Below the pieces are notes generated by a model. That model was given only the letters and a program-made list of their open reading frames with translations. It ran no database searches and was not told the origin of the DNA. A program made the translations under genes and the position numbers. Positions 23,901-32,000 of a DNA stretch of 32,000 bases are shown here, in pieces. Origin of the DNA: Argonema antarcticum A004/B2 (GTDB lineage Bacteria; Cyanobacteriota; Cyanobacteriia; Cyanobacteriales; Aerosakkonemataceae); NCBI RefSeq assembly GCF_023333585.1, contig NZ_JAIQZN010000080.1, positions 685-32,684 on the forward strand, written 5' to 3'. Position 1 is the stretch's first letter. Every line of letters begins with the position of its first letter.

Positions 23901-26900
23901 ATCGGGAGATTATAGCGAACCAACAATCCAAACTTTCTCTATTACCACTGATGCGGGAATCAAGGGATTATCGGATGAAGAAAGATTAGCTATGCTAGAT
24001 GCGGCTAAGCTGGAAAACTATACTCCCGAACAATTAGCTGCAACTCGCGAATGGGTAGTTTGGGTAACGCCGGGTCAATCTTCAGCAGAGTTAGCAACAG
24101 CAGTAGAAGCGCAAGATAAGGGTGCTACTGGATATATTCCAAATACATACATTTGGGAATTTCCCGATACTATTCCTCCCGAAGAAGTTATTCAAAGATT
24201 AAGTTCACTTCCTGGTTTGGAATTATCTTACCCGCTTGTTCCCGTACCGACAACTTTATCATCGACTCCAAACGACGAACCTTTAGTACAAAAACCAGGA
24301 ACTTTAAACCCAAGTTACCCAGTTCCCGATCCGAACGATACCAAACTTCGCGATTTTCTTAATAGTTACCAGTGGCATTTACGTAGTGGAGTGAACCCAA
24401 GTGCTGATGCTAATATCAGCAACGCTTGGAATTTAGCTCAAGGTAGGGGAGTAGTTATTGGTATTGTTGATGATGGGTTAGACTTTAACAACCCAGATTT
24501 GAAAGATAGGTATCGAGGAGATTTAAGCTGGGATTTTAATGAAAACAATAGCACTCCTTCGCCAACTTATAATAAAACCATTAGTTTGAAGAATACACCG
24601 AAATTAATCAGAGATTATGGGCAGACTAATATTTATTTAGATGTGCCTTTAACTGGGGTATTAAGTGATGTAAACGTGCGTTTAAATGCGACGCACGCCA
24701 AACTAAGCGATTTAGAGATTTCGCTGGATAGTCCCAACGAACCAATATTTAACCCTACTATTGGGATGGCATCTTCATCGTTTAGGAGAATACAAGGAGG
24801 AAATGGTTCCGGTAAAAACCCCGTTAAATTGTTTGATAATTTCATCGGTAATGGTGCTAATTTAACCAATACTATTTTCGATGACCAAGCAAGTTTATCA
24901 ATTTTGCAGGGAACAGCACCTTTTAATGGCAAATTTAGACCGTTAGGAACTTTAAGTGATTTTAACGATCAGTGGGCTGGGGGTACTTGGAATTTAAGAA
25001 TTACCGACAAAGCTTGGGTAGCTGCTGGTTTGTTAAGTAATTGGACATTGGATTTACAAACTTATAATCCTCATGGAACGGCTGTGGCTGGGATAGCAGC
25101 TGCTAGCGGTAACAATAGTATTAACGGAAGTGGAGTAGCGCCGTTAGCTTCTTTAGCTGGATTGCGGTTAGTTGCTGATGCGGTAACAGATGAACAAATA
25201 GCGATGGCATTAACTCATAAAAACCAAGATATCGACATTTATAACAACAGTCGGAAGCTGCAAGATTGGTTAGTTAAGCCAGCGCTAACTATGGCAGCAA
25301 TGAAAGAAGGAACTAATATTGGCAGAAGAGGATTGGGTAATAATTACGTATTTGGTGCTGGTAACGATGAGTGGACTGGCGGTAATGTTAATTACAATGG
25401 GTTGGCGAATTCTAGATATGCGATCGCAGTAGCAGCGATCGACCATACAGGCGAACAAACAATCTACAGCGAACCGGGCGCACCGTTGTTAGTTTCTGCT
25501 TACTCTAGCGGCAGTGGAGTTGGTATTACTACAACTGATTTAATGGGTAATAACGGTTACTCAACCGGAGATTATACTAATAGATTTGGCGGTACTTCCG
25601 CAGCTGCACCTTTAGTTTCTGGTGCGATCGCTTTGATGTTAGAAGCTAATCCAAATTTAAGTTGGCGCGACGTGCAACATATTCTAGTACGGACTACCAA
25701 GCAAAACGATCCGACTGACTTAGATTGGACTACCAATGGTGCGGGATATCACATCAATCATAAGTATGGTTTTGGGGCAATAGATGCGGATGCTGCTGTA
25801 CGTTTAGCTAAGAATTGGATATCAGCAGGGGATGAAGTAATGATTAGTTCCAATCTCCAAAACGTGCTAGAAAATATTCCCGATGGAGACGAACAGACGG
25901 GTGTAAATTCAACAATTAGCATTAATGACGATATTTCTATTGAAAAAGTAGAGGTGTTATTTGATGCTAATCATAATGATTGGAAAGACTTGCAAATAAT
26001 GCTAATTTCTCCTGATGGTACGCAGTCAATTTTAGCTGATTATATACCCGCTAACCCAAGTGCAACTACTACCAACAGGTTAACGCCTTTATCTAACATT
26101 TGGACTTTTACTTCTGCGCGTCACTGGAGCGAGTCTTCTAAGGGAGAATGGAAATTGCAGGTTTTCGATCGGGAGGGGAACCAAGTTGAGGGCAAGTGGA
26201 ATTCTTGGAAATTGAATATTTATGGAACTAAACCAATAGTAACAGTGAGTGCTACTGATGCCAATGCTTCAGAAGATGGCGATCCGGGTGAGTTTACGAT
26301 TACCCGTACTGGTAATAACAAACATCCCCTGACCGTGAATTATTCTTTGCCGGGAAGTGCTAAGAATGGTTCAGATTATACTGCGCTTGGCAATATTGTT
26401 ATCCCGGAAGGACAGTCTACGGTAAAAATTAAGATCGATCCGATTGACGATTTGCTGTTTGAAGGAAATGAGGATGCGGTTATCAGTTTAGCTGCTAGCA
26501 GTGCGTACAATATAGGAACACAGGGAAGTGGAGCAGTGACGATCGCAGATAATGATATTCCAACTGAACCCTGGATACGTCAGATAGGGACTGTAACTGA
26601 CTGGGATATGTCTCGCGGTACAGCTATTGACAGCACTGGTAATGTCTATATGGCTGGAATCACATTTGGATCTCTAGATGGCAACGTTAACGCTAGTGGA
26701 ATTAATACCAGCTGGGCAGATCCTTTTATCACCAAATACGATGCCAATGGCAACAAACTTTGGACTCGTCAGTTAGGTTCTTCTGGCTATGACTACTACA
26801 ACGGTGTCACTGCTGACAATACAGGCAATGTCTATACAGTGGGATACGATGATGGTCTTGGTACTGTGTTGGGTGGTGTCACGCTCATCAAGTGGGATAC

Positions 26901-27786
26901 TAGCGGGAATAAAGTCTGGAGCAAATTCTTTGACACACAAGCTCACGATTGGGCAAGTGGTGTGACTACAGATAGTGGGGGAAATATATATATTGCTGGA
27001 ATGACTGACTACTCCTTCATAGATTCAAGCCGCGATGCAGAAGCTTTTGTTGTCAAATACGATAGTAACGGCAATGAACTATGGAGTCGAGAATGGGGAA
27101 CTACAGGACAAGATATGGCTCGCTCAGTCGCTACTGACACAAATGGCAATATTTACGTAGCTGGAGTCACAGAAGGCTCTCTGGATGGTAATGTTAGCGC
27201 TGGTAGTACAGATGTATTTTTAACTAAATACGATCCTAACGGTACAAAACTTTGGACTCGTCAGTTAGGAACTGCTGCTTCAGACAGCTACGTTTACAAA
27301 AATGGGATTGGTGGTGAATATGGGCGTAATGTAATTGTTGCAGTTGATAGTGGTGGCGATGCTTATATCTCAGGAACTACAGAAGGTTCTCTCGATGGAA
27401 ACACCAGTGCTGGATCTCAAGATGCCTTCATAACTAAATACGATAGTAATGGCAATAAACTGTGGACGCACCAGTTGGGTACAAGGGGTGATGACCGCGC
27501 TTGGGGAGTCACAGTAGATAACGCTGGTAAAGTTTATATGGCAGGCAATACCAGCGGTTCTCTTGATAACAAGATTAACTCAGGCAGTATTGATGCTTTT
27601 GTTACCCAATACGACAGTAATGGTAACCAACTCTGGACTCGATTATTAGGGACGGCAACTGAGGATCGGCTGCAAGATGTGGCTGTTGACCAGGTGGGCA
27701 ATATATACATGACAGGATATACCTTTGGTTCTTTAGGAAATACTAATGCTGGACATGCTGATGCCTGGGTGTCTAAGAATAGTTAG
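20956..27786 (+). CDS. Giant multidomain secreted or surface subtilisin/kexin-like (S8) protein
   Basis: 2276 aa. In order it has an N-terminal pre-peptidase-like beta domain and a DUF4114-like region (..DKDYNDIVFRV). Six ~115-aa Ig-like repeats follow. The S8 catalytic triad is VIGIVDDGLD (Asp ~24468), HGTAVAGIAAA (His 25072) and GGTSAAAPLVSG (Ser 25596). There are two P-domain-like modules, a Calx-beta-like module (EFTITRTG..GSDYTAL..DDLLFEGNE) and about 8 SBBP-type beta-propeller repeats (..DAFITKYDSNGNKLWT.QLGT). Confidence 0.85.
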   Translation: MSTFEIGLLNNSYNTADALGVAYPSDKYSFTLGDTQNLKLSLTGISTIVDWQLKNSDGATLHSGSVSPTNLEGINIGNLSAGEYSLELSQTNSDTNYALNIDPLTKLNVESGFFTVGQTGQIGVDYLTDGGWYQSELAIFSLTGMEAFSPGSQAFIKEAARRSLTNSTEGYVVIADATEGAKFSPTFPWGDNYNNGEYKNIKTFAMKPGDNFGFMLVPNGTAQQVFNNPNIGGAKRPLFSLVTANPNEAFHVGQIADVIGDGKTFVMEDKRVDEGSDKDYNDIVFRVTDATGKAVKLDDVIAPDKDWRKTKVVDDLIAYINTPPQFLQFTTKTLYKAGEAIDLTDAKVYDENRDLTKVNFWLKRKEEVDWVDIKDATKDAFKVNEDWTSFNYSFRDLVGGSYELKAIAFDERQQSNEVIKEFRVNAAPKELQFIIPQDTYDIGETVSITGGKVYDADGVDDLVKVGFFLKKGNNSWQDITADVTSFTAGSGDNNLANFTYSLSPNLLKEAGTYEIKGVAYDLAGDSSNEVIKNFTIRSKTVEPSPNSPPEQLQFNLLPSYTIGQPVSITGGKVYDKNGESDLKSVDLELYKDNVFLNKYTVAIADDNQSGDGWGTFNYLWSDLSEGNYRLEAKAFDGVEYSAKVSQSFSVISEPVAEPVPNSPPEFLQFNLLPSYKIGQPITIMDGKVYDKNGESDLKSVDLELYKDNVFLNKYTVAIADDNQSGDGWGTFNYLWSDLPEGNYRLEAKAFDGVEYSAKVSQSFSVISEPVAEPVPNSPPEFLQLNLLPSYTTGQAITFTNAKVYDKNGEGDLKEVTLELYKDNNFLGNYTVGIVDDSQSGDGWGTFNISFNQLAEGNYQIKASAYDKANTESNKAVQNFTVEADKPPQPNRAPGSLDFSILPLYVNGETLSFSDGKVYDPDGARDVDRVYFWLGTIGGEQVDAIEVSEFTPDNKGNARFDFNYDLSKLAPGRYQLWAIATDKSGDYSEPTIQTFSITTDAGIKGLSDEERLAMLDAAKLENYTPEQLAATREWVVWVTPGQSSAELATAVEAQDKGATGYIPNTYIWEFPDTIPPEEVIQRLSSLPGLELSYPLVPVPTTLSSTPNDEPLVQKPGTLNPSYPVPDPNDTKLRDFLNSYQWHLRSGVNPSADANISNAWNLAQGRGVVIGIVDDGLDFNNPDLKDRYRGDLSWDFNENNSTPSPTYNKTISLKNTPKLIRDYGQTNIYLDVPLTGVLSDVNVRLNATHAKLSDLEISLDSPNEPIFNPTIGMASSSFRRIQGGNGSGKNPVKLFDNFIGNGANLTNTIFDDQASLSILQGTAPFNGKFRPLGTLSDFNDQWAGGTWNLRITDKAWVAAGLLSNWTLDLQTYNPHGTAVAGIAAASGNNSINGSGVAPLASLAGLRLVADAVTDEQIAMALTHKNQDIDIYNNSRKLQDWLVKPALTMAAMKEGTNIGRRGLGNNYVFGAGNDEWTGGNVNYNGLANSRYAIAVAAIDHTGEQTIYSEPGAPLLVSAYSSGSGVGITTTDLMGNNGYSTGDYTNRFGGTSAAAPLVSGAIALMLEANPNLSWRDVQHILVRTTKQNDPTDLDWTTNGAGYHINHKYGFGAIDADAAVRLAKNWISAGDEVMISSNLQNVLENIPDGDEQTGVNSTISINDDISIEKVEVLFDANHNDWKDLQIMLISPDGTQSILADYIPANPSATTTNRLTPLSNIWTFTSARHWSESSKGEWKLQVFDREGNQVEGKWNSWKLNIYGTKPIVTVSATDANASEDGDPGEFTITRTGNNKHPLTVNYSLPGSAKNGSDYTALGNIVIPEGQSTVKIKIDPIDDLLFEGNEDAVISLAASSAYNIGTQGSGAVTIADNDIPTEPWIRQIGTVTDWDMSRGTAIDSTGNVYMAGITFGSLDGNVNASGINTSWADPFITKYDANGNKLWTRQLGSSGYDYYNGVTADNTGNVYTVGYDDGLGTVLGGVTLIKWDTSGNKVWSKFFDTQAHDWASGVTTDSGGNIYIAGMTDYSFIDSSRDAEAFVVKYDSNGNELWSREWGTTGQDMARSVATDTNGNIYVAGVTEGSLDGNVSAGSTDVFLTKYDPNGTKLWTRQLGTAASDSYVYKNGIGGEYGRNVIVAVDSGGDAYISGTTEGSLDGNTSAGSQDAFITKYDSNGNKLWTHQLGTRGDDRAWGVTVDNAGKVYMAGNTSGSLDNKINSGSIDAFVTQYDSNGNQLWTRLLGTATEDRLQDVAVDQVGNIYMTGYTFGSLGNTNAGHADAWVSKNS
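22588..23622 (+). repeat. Three tandem 345-bp (115-aa) units inside the giant gene
   Basis: Unit starts at 22588, 22933 and 23278 are marked by CCCAA(C/T)TCGCC. Units 1 and 2 are almost identical from about 22670-22932 vs 23015-23277. Unit 3 has diverged. Confidence 0.9.
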
Positions 27787-27790
27787 CCCG

Positions 27791-27840
27791 CCTGGGGTTC
27801 AAACCCCAGGCTAATAGCGAAAGTCCATTTTAATGGACTG
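27791..27840 (+). terminator. Two hairpins after the giant gene
   Basis: CCTGGGG..CCCCAGG lies at 27791-27810 and AGTCCATT TT AATGGACT at 27823-27840. There is no strong T-tract, so a terminator function is uncertain. Confidence 0.35.
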
Positions 27841-27867
27841 AAAATTCACAGGAACTCTGGAGGATCG

Positions 27868-27994
27868 GTAGATCGCATTTATGAGAACGATCGCACCTCC
27901 CCCCATCTCTAGGTGCGATCGCCTTAATGACGTATGGATGGGAAAATTTGGGCTAACAGAGGTGCGATCGCGCAGCGTGCCGTAGGCATATCGC
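27868..27994. repeat. Left copy of a ~79-bp direct repeat, interrupted by a ~40-bp insertion
   Basis: GTAGATCGCATTTATGAGA.CGATCGCACC..CCCCATCTCTA.GTGCGATCGC (27868-27922) plus GTGCGATCGCGCAGCGTG.CG.AGGCATATCGC (27962-27994) matches the contiguous copy at 29728-29806. Confidence 0.8.
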
Positions 27995-28058
27995 ATTTTC
28001 CGCGACTCTTCAGGAGTGAGATGAGGTAAACTTGTGATAAGAGCAAGGAGATTTCGTT

Positions 28059-28640
28059 ATGACAGTAACGCTAGACAAAACAAAAGACCAACGCCTAGTT
28101 CATTTTGGAATGAGTTGGCAACAGTTCAAGTTACTTCAGGAAAGCTTTGCCGACTCACGAGGAATCCGACTCGCTTATTACAAAGGAGAAATTGAAATTG
28201 TGACACTTTCCCCTGACCACGAATCAATCAGCCGCATGATTACAGGGTTGCTAATTGTGTATTTTTTGAACAAAAACATTGAATTCAACCCATTAGGCAG
28301 CTTTACCCAAGAAAAGGAAGAGGAAGTTTCAGCGCAAGCAGACGAATCATTTGCTATTGGTAGGTCAACCGCAACTAAACCTGACTTGGTTGTAGAAGTA
28401 ATCTTTACCAGTGGTAGCGATCGCAAATTGAAACGCTATAAAGTTTTAGGTGTTCCTGAAGTTTGGTTTTGGGAAGATGGTTTATTCAGGCTGTATCATT
28501 TGCGGGAATCAGGATACGAGCGGATAGAGCGTTCTGAAGTTTTGCCAGATTTGGATATCAACCTGTTAACTCGTTGTGTGATGATGGCTTCTAAACTTGA
28601 AGCTCTTAAAGTGTTTCAACAGGCAATTGCTCAAGCTTAA
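28059..28640 (+). CDS. Uma2 (DUF820) family restriction-endonuclease-like protein
   Basis: 193 aa with the family-typical layout: ..YYKGEIEIVTLSPDHE.., PDLVVEVIFTSGS, YKVLGVPEVWFWE. Confidence 0.8.
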   Translation: MTVTLDKTKDQRLVHFGMSWQQFKLLQESFADSRGIRLAYYKGEIEIVTLSPDHESISRMITGLLIVYFLNKNIEFNPLGSFTQEKEEEVSAQADESFAIGRSTATKPDLVVEVIFTSGSDRKLKRYKVLGVPEVWFWEDGLFRLYHLRESGYERIERSEVLPDLDINLLTRCVMMASKLEALKVFQQAIAQA

Positions 28641-28645
28641 TCTAA

Positions 28646-29666
28646 TACAGCGCTTTGCGCTGTTATGAGGTACAATAAGATATCATTTTGTAGCCAAAGA
28701 TAATGAAAGCATATTCAGTTGAGTTCCGCAAAAGAATAGTGGTAGCACATTTGGTAGAAAAGATGTCAATCAGGAAAGTGGCCACCAGATTTGCTGTCAG
28801 TAAAAGTTTAGTCCAAAAACTGGTAAACCAACAACGAACAGAGGGAAACTTACAGCCCAAACAGACGGGAAAGCCACAATTTAGTTATCTGACTTCTGCG
28901 GAACCAGAAATCAAAGCATTAGTAGCAGAGCATCCAGATGCTACTTTAGCGGAGTTATGTGAATTATTTGCAGTTAAAACAGGAAATTGGGTGAGTCAGT
29001 CGGCCTTATGTCGCTATTTGCAAAAATTAGGGTTAAATCGGAAAAAAAAACTTGGTACAGTAGCCAAGCGGCAACAGAAAGAGTTCAAATTTTAAGAGTG
29101 GAATATTGGCAGAAAATCAAAGATATCGAGCCAGAAAACCTCGTATTTCTGGATGAAACTGGCATTTTACTAGGTTTGACCAGAACTCATGCTCGCTCTT
29201 ATCCCGGCACAAGATTAACTGAACTAAAACCTTTTTATCGAGCCGCTAAAGTGACAGCTATTGGCGCAATTAGTATTAGCAAAGTGCTGGCCTTAATGAC
29301 CATGAATGATTCAATGGATGGCCAAGCATTCGCCGTATTTATTGAGAAGTTTTTATGCCCTCAATTATGGCCGGGAGCGGTAGTAGTTATGGATAACTTA
29401 CCCGCCCATAAACTAGCATCTATTGAACCCATGATTCACGCTGTAGGCGCGAGTATTATTTGTTTATCTCCCTACTCTCCAGATTTTAATCCCATTGAAC
29501 TCTGGTGGTCACAACTCAAATCTTTTTTGAGAATGTTTGCTCCAACTACCACGTCCATGATTGATAAAATAATTGCTGTTGCTCTCCATTTAATCAATCC
29601 TCAACATTTAAGAAATTGGTTTGCTCATTGCTGCTACTGTACTTTATAACAGCGCAAAGCGCTGTA
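28646..29666 (+). mobile_element. IS630/Tc1-mariner family insertion sequence
   Basis: Perfect 21-bp terminal inverted repeats TACAGCGCTTTGCGCTGTTAT (28646-28666) and ATAACAGCGCAAAGCGCTGTA (29646-29666). The outermost TA on each side is consistent with a TA target duplication flanking CAG..CTG ends. The element encodes an HTH plus DDE transposase. Confidence 0.9.
28703..29649 (+). CDS. IS630-family transposase in two frames joined by a -1 shift at an A9 run
   Basis: Frame A (28703-29095) holds the HTH region. Frame B (to 29649) holds the DDE region: LVFLDETG, VVMDNLPAHK, YSPDFNPIELWWSQLK. The frames overlap at AAAAAAAAA (29042-29050). A fused reading gives ..LNRKKK/TWYSSQ.., which is typical of the family. 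Confidence 0.8.
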
Positions 29667-29727
29667 ACTAACGCAAGTTGCTAATTACAAATATTTTGGT
29701 TAGATCTTCCCTAACCCTGAAGACTCA

Positions 29728-29806
29728 GTAGATCGCATTTATGAGAGCGATCGCACCTTCCGCCCCATCTCTAAGTGCGATCGCGCAGCGTGGCGGAGGC
29801 ATATCG
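29728..29806. repeat. Right, contiguous copy of the ~79-bp direct repeat
   Basis: See 27868-27994. It contains the HIP1 hairpin GCGATCGCAC-N18-GTGCGATCGC (29747-29784). Confidence 0.8.
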
Positions 29807-29987
29807 CTCTTTTTTGCTCAATCGCCTTAAATAACATCTTTTGTTCAATTTTGCAAGGGCTATATAAAATTTGTAACTAAAGTTAAAATAATAATTTGAA
29901 CTAACCCTTAAATAAGAGCCATTATCTTGTAATATTATCTCAGCCAAAGCAATTTAACTTAAAACACCAACTATCGGGCGCTTTACC

Positions 29988-32000
29988 GTGACAGAGAGAA
30001 ACCAAAAGAAAAAAAGTAAAATTTTCTGTATCCTAACTTACATCTTCGGGTTCCCTTCTCTGGTAACAGCGCAAATCGTTCCAGATAATACCCTACCTGT
30101 TAATTCAACTCTCACATTTTCTAACAACTCCTTTACTATCGAAGGTGGAACTGAAGTAGGCAGCAACCTATTCCATAGCTTTGAGCAGTTTTCTATCCCC
30201 ACTAACGGGACTGCATACTTTAACAATACTCTAACAATTCAAAATATTTTTAGTCGCGTAACAGGTAATTCAACATCAAACATAGATGGTTTAATTAGAG
30301 TTAACGGTGTTGCTAACTTATTTTTAATTAATCCGAATGGAATTATTTTTGGGCCTAATGCCTCCCTTAATATTGGAGGTTCATTTTTAGCCAGTACAGC
30401 TAATACTCTGCTTTTTAAAGATGGCGCTCAGTTTAGTGCCACCAATCCCCAAGTCCCACCGCTACTAACAGTAAATATACCTGTTGGGTTGCAATTCACA
30501 GGTACGCCGGGAGCAATTTCAGTACAAGGGTCAGGTCATAATTTTAGTGTAGATCCAGAAACGGGAAAAGTTACTAGAAATGGTAGCGCGATCGGTTTAA
30601 CCGTAAATCCAGGTAATACCTTAGCATTGATAGGCGGAGATGTTACCTTAACAGGTGGAAATTTAACGGCAAACGGGGGAAGAGTTGAACTTGGGTCAGT
30701 TGTCAACGGTCAGTTATCAATTGTTGATAGCAATGGAAAAATAACGATTGACCAAGCCGAAAATGCTAATAATTATGGAGATATTCAGTTATTAGGTGCA
30801 TCTGCCATAGATGTTAGCGGAAACGGTGGTACAGTTCAAGTACAAGGCCGGAATATTTCTCTTTATGATGGCTCAACAATACTAACTATCACCAAAGCAG
30901 AAGAACGAGGAGAAAATCTAACTGTAAAAGCTTCCGATACTGTAGAATTGGTTGGTACTACAGCCGACGATCGCCTGTTTCGCAGTAGCTTGCTAAGTCA
31001 GGCTCAAGGTGAAGGAAAAGCTGCCGATTTGACAATAGAAACTGGTAAGTTGATTATTCAAGGAGGAGAAGCAGCAGCTTCTACTTTTGGGGCAGGAGAT
31101 GCCGGAAATATTATCGTTCGCGCTAGAGATGCGGTGCAATTAACTGGCATAGAAACGGATGGTCAATTGACTAGCGGATTATTTTCTTTAGTCAATCCAG
31201 ATGCAACTGGAAACGGAGGGAATTTAACCGTAGAAACTAGACAATTAACTGTTAAAAATGGCGCACAGATAGCAACTACTACGTTTAGCGATGGGCAAGG
31301 TGGAAATCTCACCATCCGCGCCTCAGATTCAGTAGAATTAACCGGAGGAACGATTGCCATTGACCCGTTTGCTGAACTTCCCTATCCTAGCGGCTTATTC
31401 TCTTTAGCCGTAGGTTTTGGTCAAGGTGGTAATTTGACAGTAGAAACAGGGCGATTGATTGTCAGCGATGCAGCAGAAATATCCAATACTACTTTTTCTG
31501 CTGGGAATGCAGGAAATTTATTAATTCGTGCTTCCGATTCAGTAAAAGTTAGTACAAATGGCGGTATATCAACTCAAGTTAATCAGGAAGAAGCGACCGG
31601 AAATGGAGCAAATCTAACGATTGAAACTAAGCAGTTAATAGTACAAGATGGAGGACAGATAACAGCTTCTACTTTCGGGGTGGGTGCGGGAGGAACTTTG
31701 ATTGTTCGTGGTATCGAAGAAGAAGGGATTTCGACTGCTAATGAAGCTGAATCTGTGGAATTAATAGGAATATCGCCAGATGGTTTTCCTAGTGGGTTGT
31801 TTGCTATCACTGGAGGAACTGGTGCAGGTGGAAATTTAATTATTAATACCAGAAGATTAATTGCCGAAAATGGCGCACAAGCAGCAGCTTCTACTATAGG
31901 CGAAGGATTAGGAGGAACTGTGACAGTAAATGCTTCTGAATCAGTACAATTGAGAGGAATAGGAATCAAACCAGACGGTGAAATTCCACGTACAGAAGAA
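29988..32000 (+). CDS. Filamentous-haemagglutinin-type protein with N-terminal TPS secretion domain; 3' end lies outside the window
   Basis: It is absent from the ORF track because no stop is reached. My translation from the GTG at 29988 gives the signal-like VTERNQKKKSKIFCILTYIFGFPSLVTAQ. The TPS domain follows: IVPDNTLPVNS..GSNLFHSFEQFSI..NIFSRVTG..IDGLIRVNGVANLFLINPNGIIFGPNA. Repeated GGNLT.ET..L units then continue to nt 32000. Confidence 0.85.
   Translation, partial: MTERNQKKKSKIFCILTYIFGFPSLVTAQIVPDNTLPVNSTLTFSNNSFTIEGGTEVGSNLFHSFEQFSIPTNGTAYFNNTLTIQNIFSRVTGNSTSNIDGLIRVNGVANLFLINPNGIIFGPNASLNIGGSFLASTANTLLFKDGAQFSATNPQVPPLLTVNIPVGLQFTGTPGAISVQGSGHNFSVDPETGKVTRNGSAIGLTVNPGNTLALIGGDVTLTGGNLTANGGRVELGSVVNGQLSIVDSNGKITIDQAENANNYGDIQLLGASAIDVSGNGGTVQVQGRNISLYDGSTILTITKAEERGENLTVKASDTVELVGTTADDRLFRSSLLSQAQGEGKAADLTIETGKLIIQGGEAAASTFGAGDAGNIIVRARDAVQLTGIETDGQLTSGLFSLVNPDATGNGGNLTVETRQLTVKNGAQIATTTFSDGQGGNLTIRASDSVELTGGTIAIDPFAELPYPSGLFSLAVGFGQGGNLTVETGRLIVSDAAEISNTTFSAGNAGNLLIRASDSVKVSTNGGISTQVNQEEATGNGANLTIETKQLIVQDGGQITASTFGVGAGGTLIVRGIEEEGISTANEAESVELIGISPDGFPSGLFAITGGTGAGGNLIINTRRLIAENGAQAAASTIGEGLGGTVTVNASESVQLRGIGIKPDGEIPRTEE

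Noticed and set aside
27791-27810. tRNA T-arm-like sequence GGGGTTCAAACCCC
   Set aside because: The loop is 6 nt rather than 7. No acceptor, D or anticodon arms can be drawn around it, so it is a plain hairpin.
27811-27996. 61-aa minus-strand ORF
   Set aside because: It runs through the HIP1-hairpin repeat element that recurs at 29728-29806. It has no motifs and is probably a non-coding repeat.
30038-31969. Minus-strand ORFs 30038..30226, 31163..31360 and 31583..31969
   Set aside because: They are antisense to the open-ended TPS/haemagglutinin-repeat frame. Their low-complexity P/V/N-rich peptides are typical of shadow ORFs.
1-32000. Frequent GCGATCGC octamers as a possible specific regulatory signal
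   Set aside because: This is the HIP1 palindrome, which is over-represented genome-wide in many cyanobacteria, so it carries no locus-specific meaning. Only the paired hairpin arrangements are reported.

Overview
Cyanobacterial-type DNA; the HIP1 octamer GCGATCGC recurs throughout. Positions 1-19.9 kb form a composite type III-B-like CRISPR-Cas island. Positions 20-32 kb carry secreted or surface protein genes and one IS element. A tightly packed + strand operon encodes an unknown 2-TM coiled-coil membrane protein, a CARF-HEPN RNase, an HD-less Cas10 with GGDD, Cmr3, Cmr4 and Cmr5, joined by ATGA or 1-nt junctions. Across a bidirectional terminator it converges on a long minus-strand block. 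In transcription order that block is: RT-Cas1 fusion (no cas2 beside it), conserved leader, CRISPR array 2 (12 x 35-bp repeats), a second RT-less Cas1 plus Cas2, a RelE/HigB-like ORF, a small HTH protein, a solitary CRISPR-repeat-like unit with its own terminator, a two-RAMP Cmr6/Cmr1-like protein, conserved leader, and CRISPR array 1 (9 x 36-bp repeats). A 1157-aa HTH-NACHT(STAND)-helical-repeat protein is divergent from RT-cas1. The shared intergenic region carries a 2+2 set of 12-bp direct repeats, and the same set is duplicated upstream of the RT-less cas1. No cas6 is visible. All three repeat variants share a stem-loop followed by an identical 14-nt tail ending GTTGAAAC, which resembles the RNase E-matured subtype III-Bv of Synechocystis. 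Cas10 lacks HD and the Cmr4 catalytic Asp position appears to be Asn, so the effector may only signal through cyclic oligoadenylate. The right third holds a 2276-aa multidomain subtilisin/kexin-like protein, a Uma2 endonuclease gene, an IS630-family element and the 5' part of a TPS/filamentous-haemagglutinin-type gene. All assignments rest on motif reading by eye; no database search was possible.
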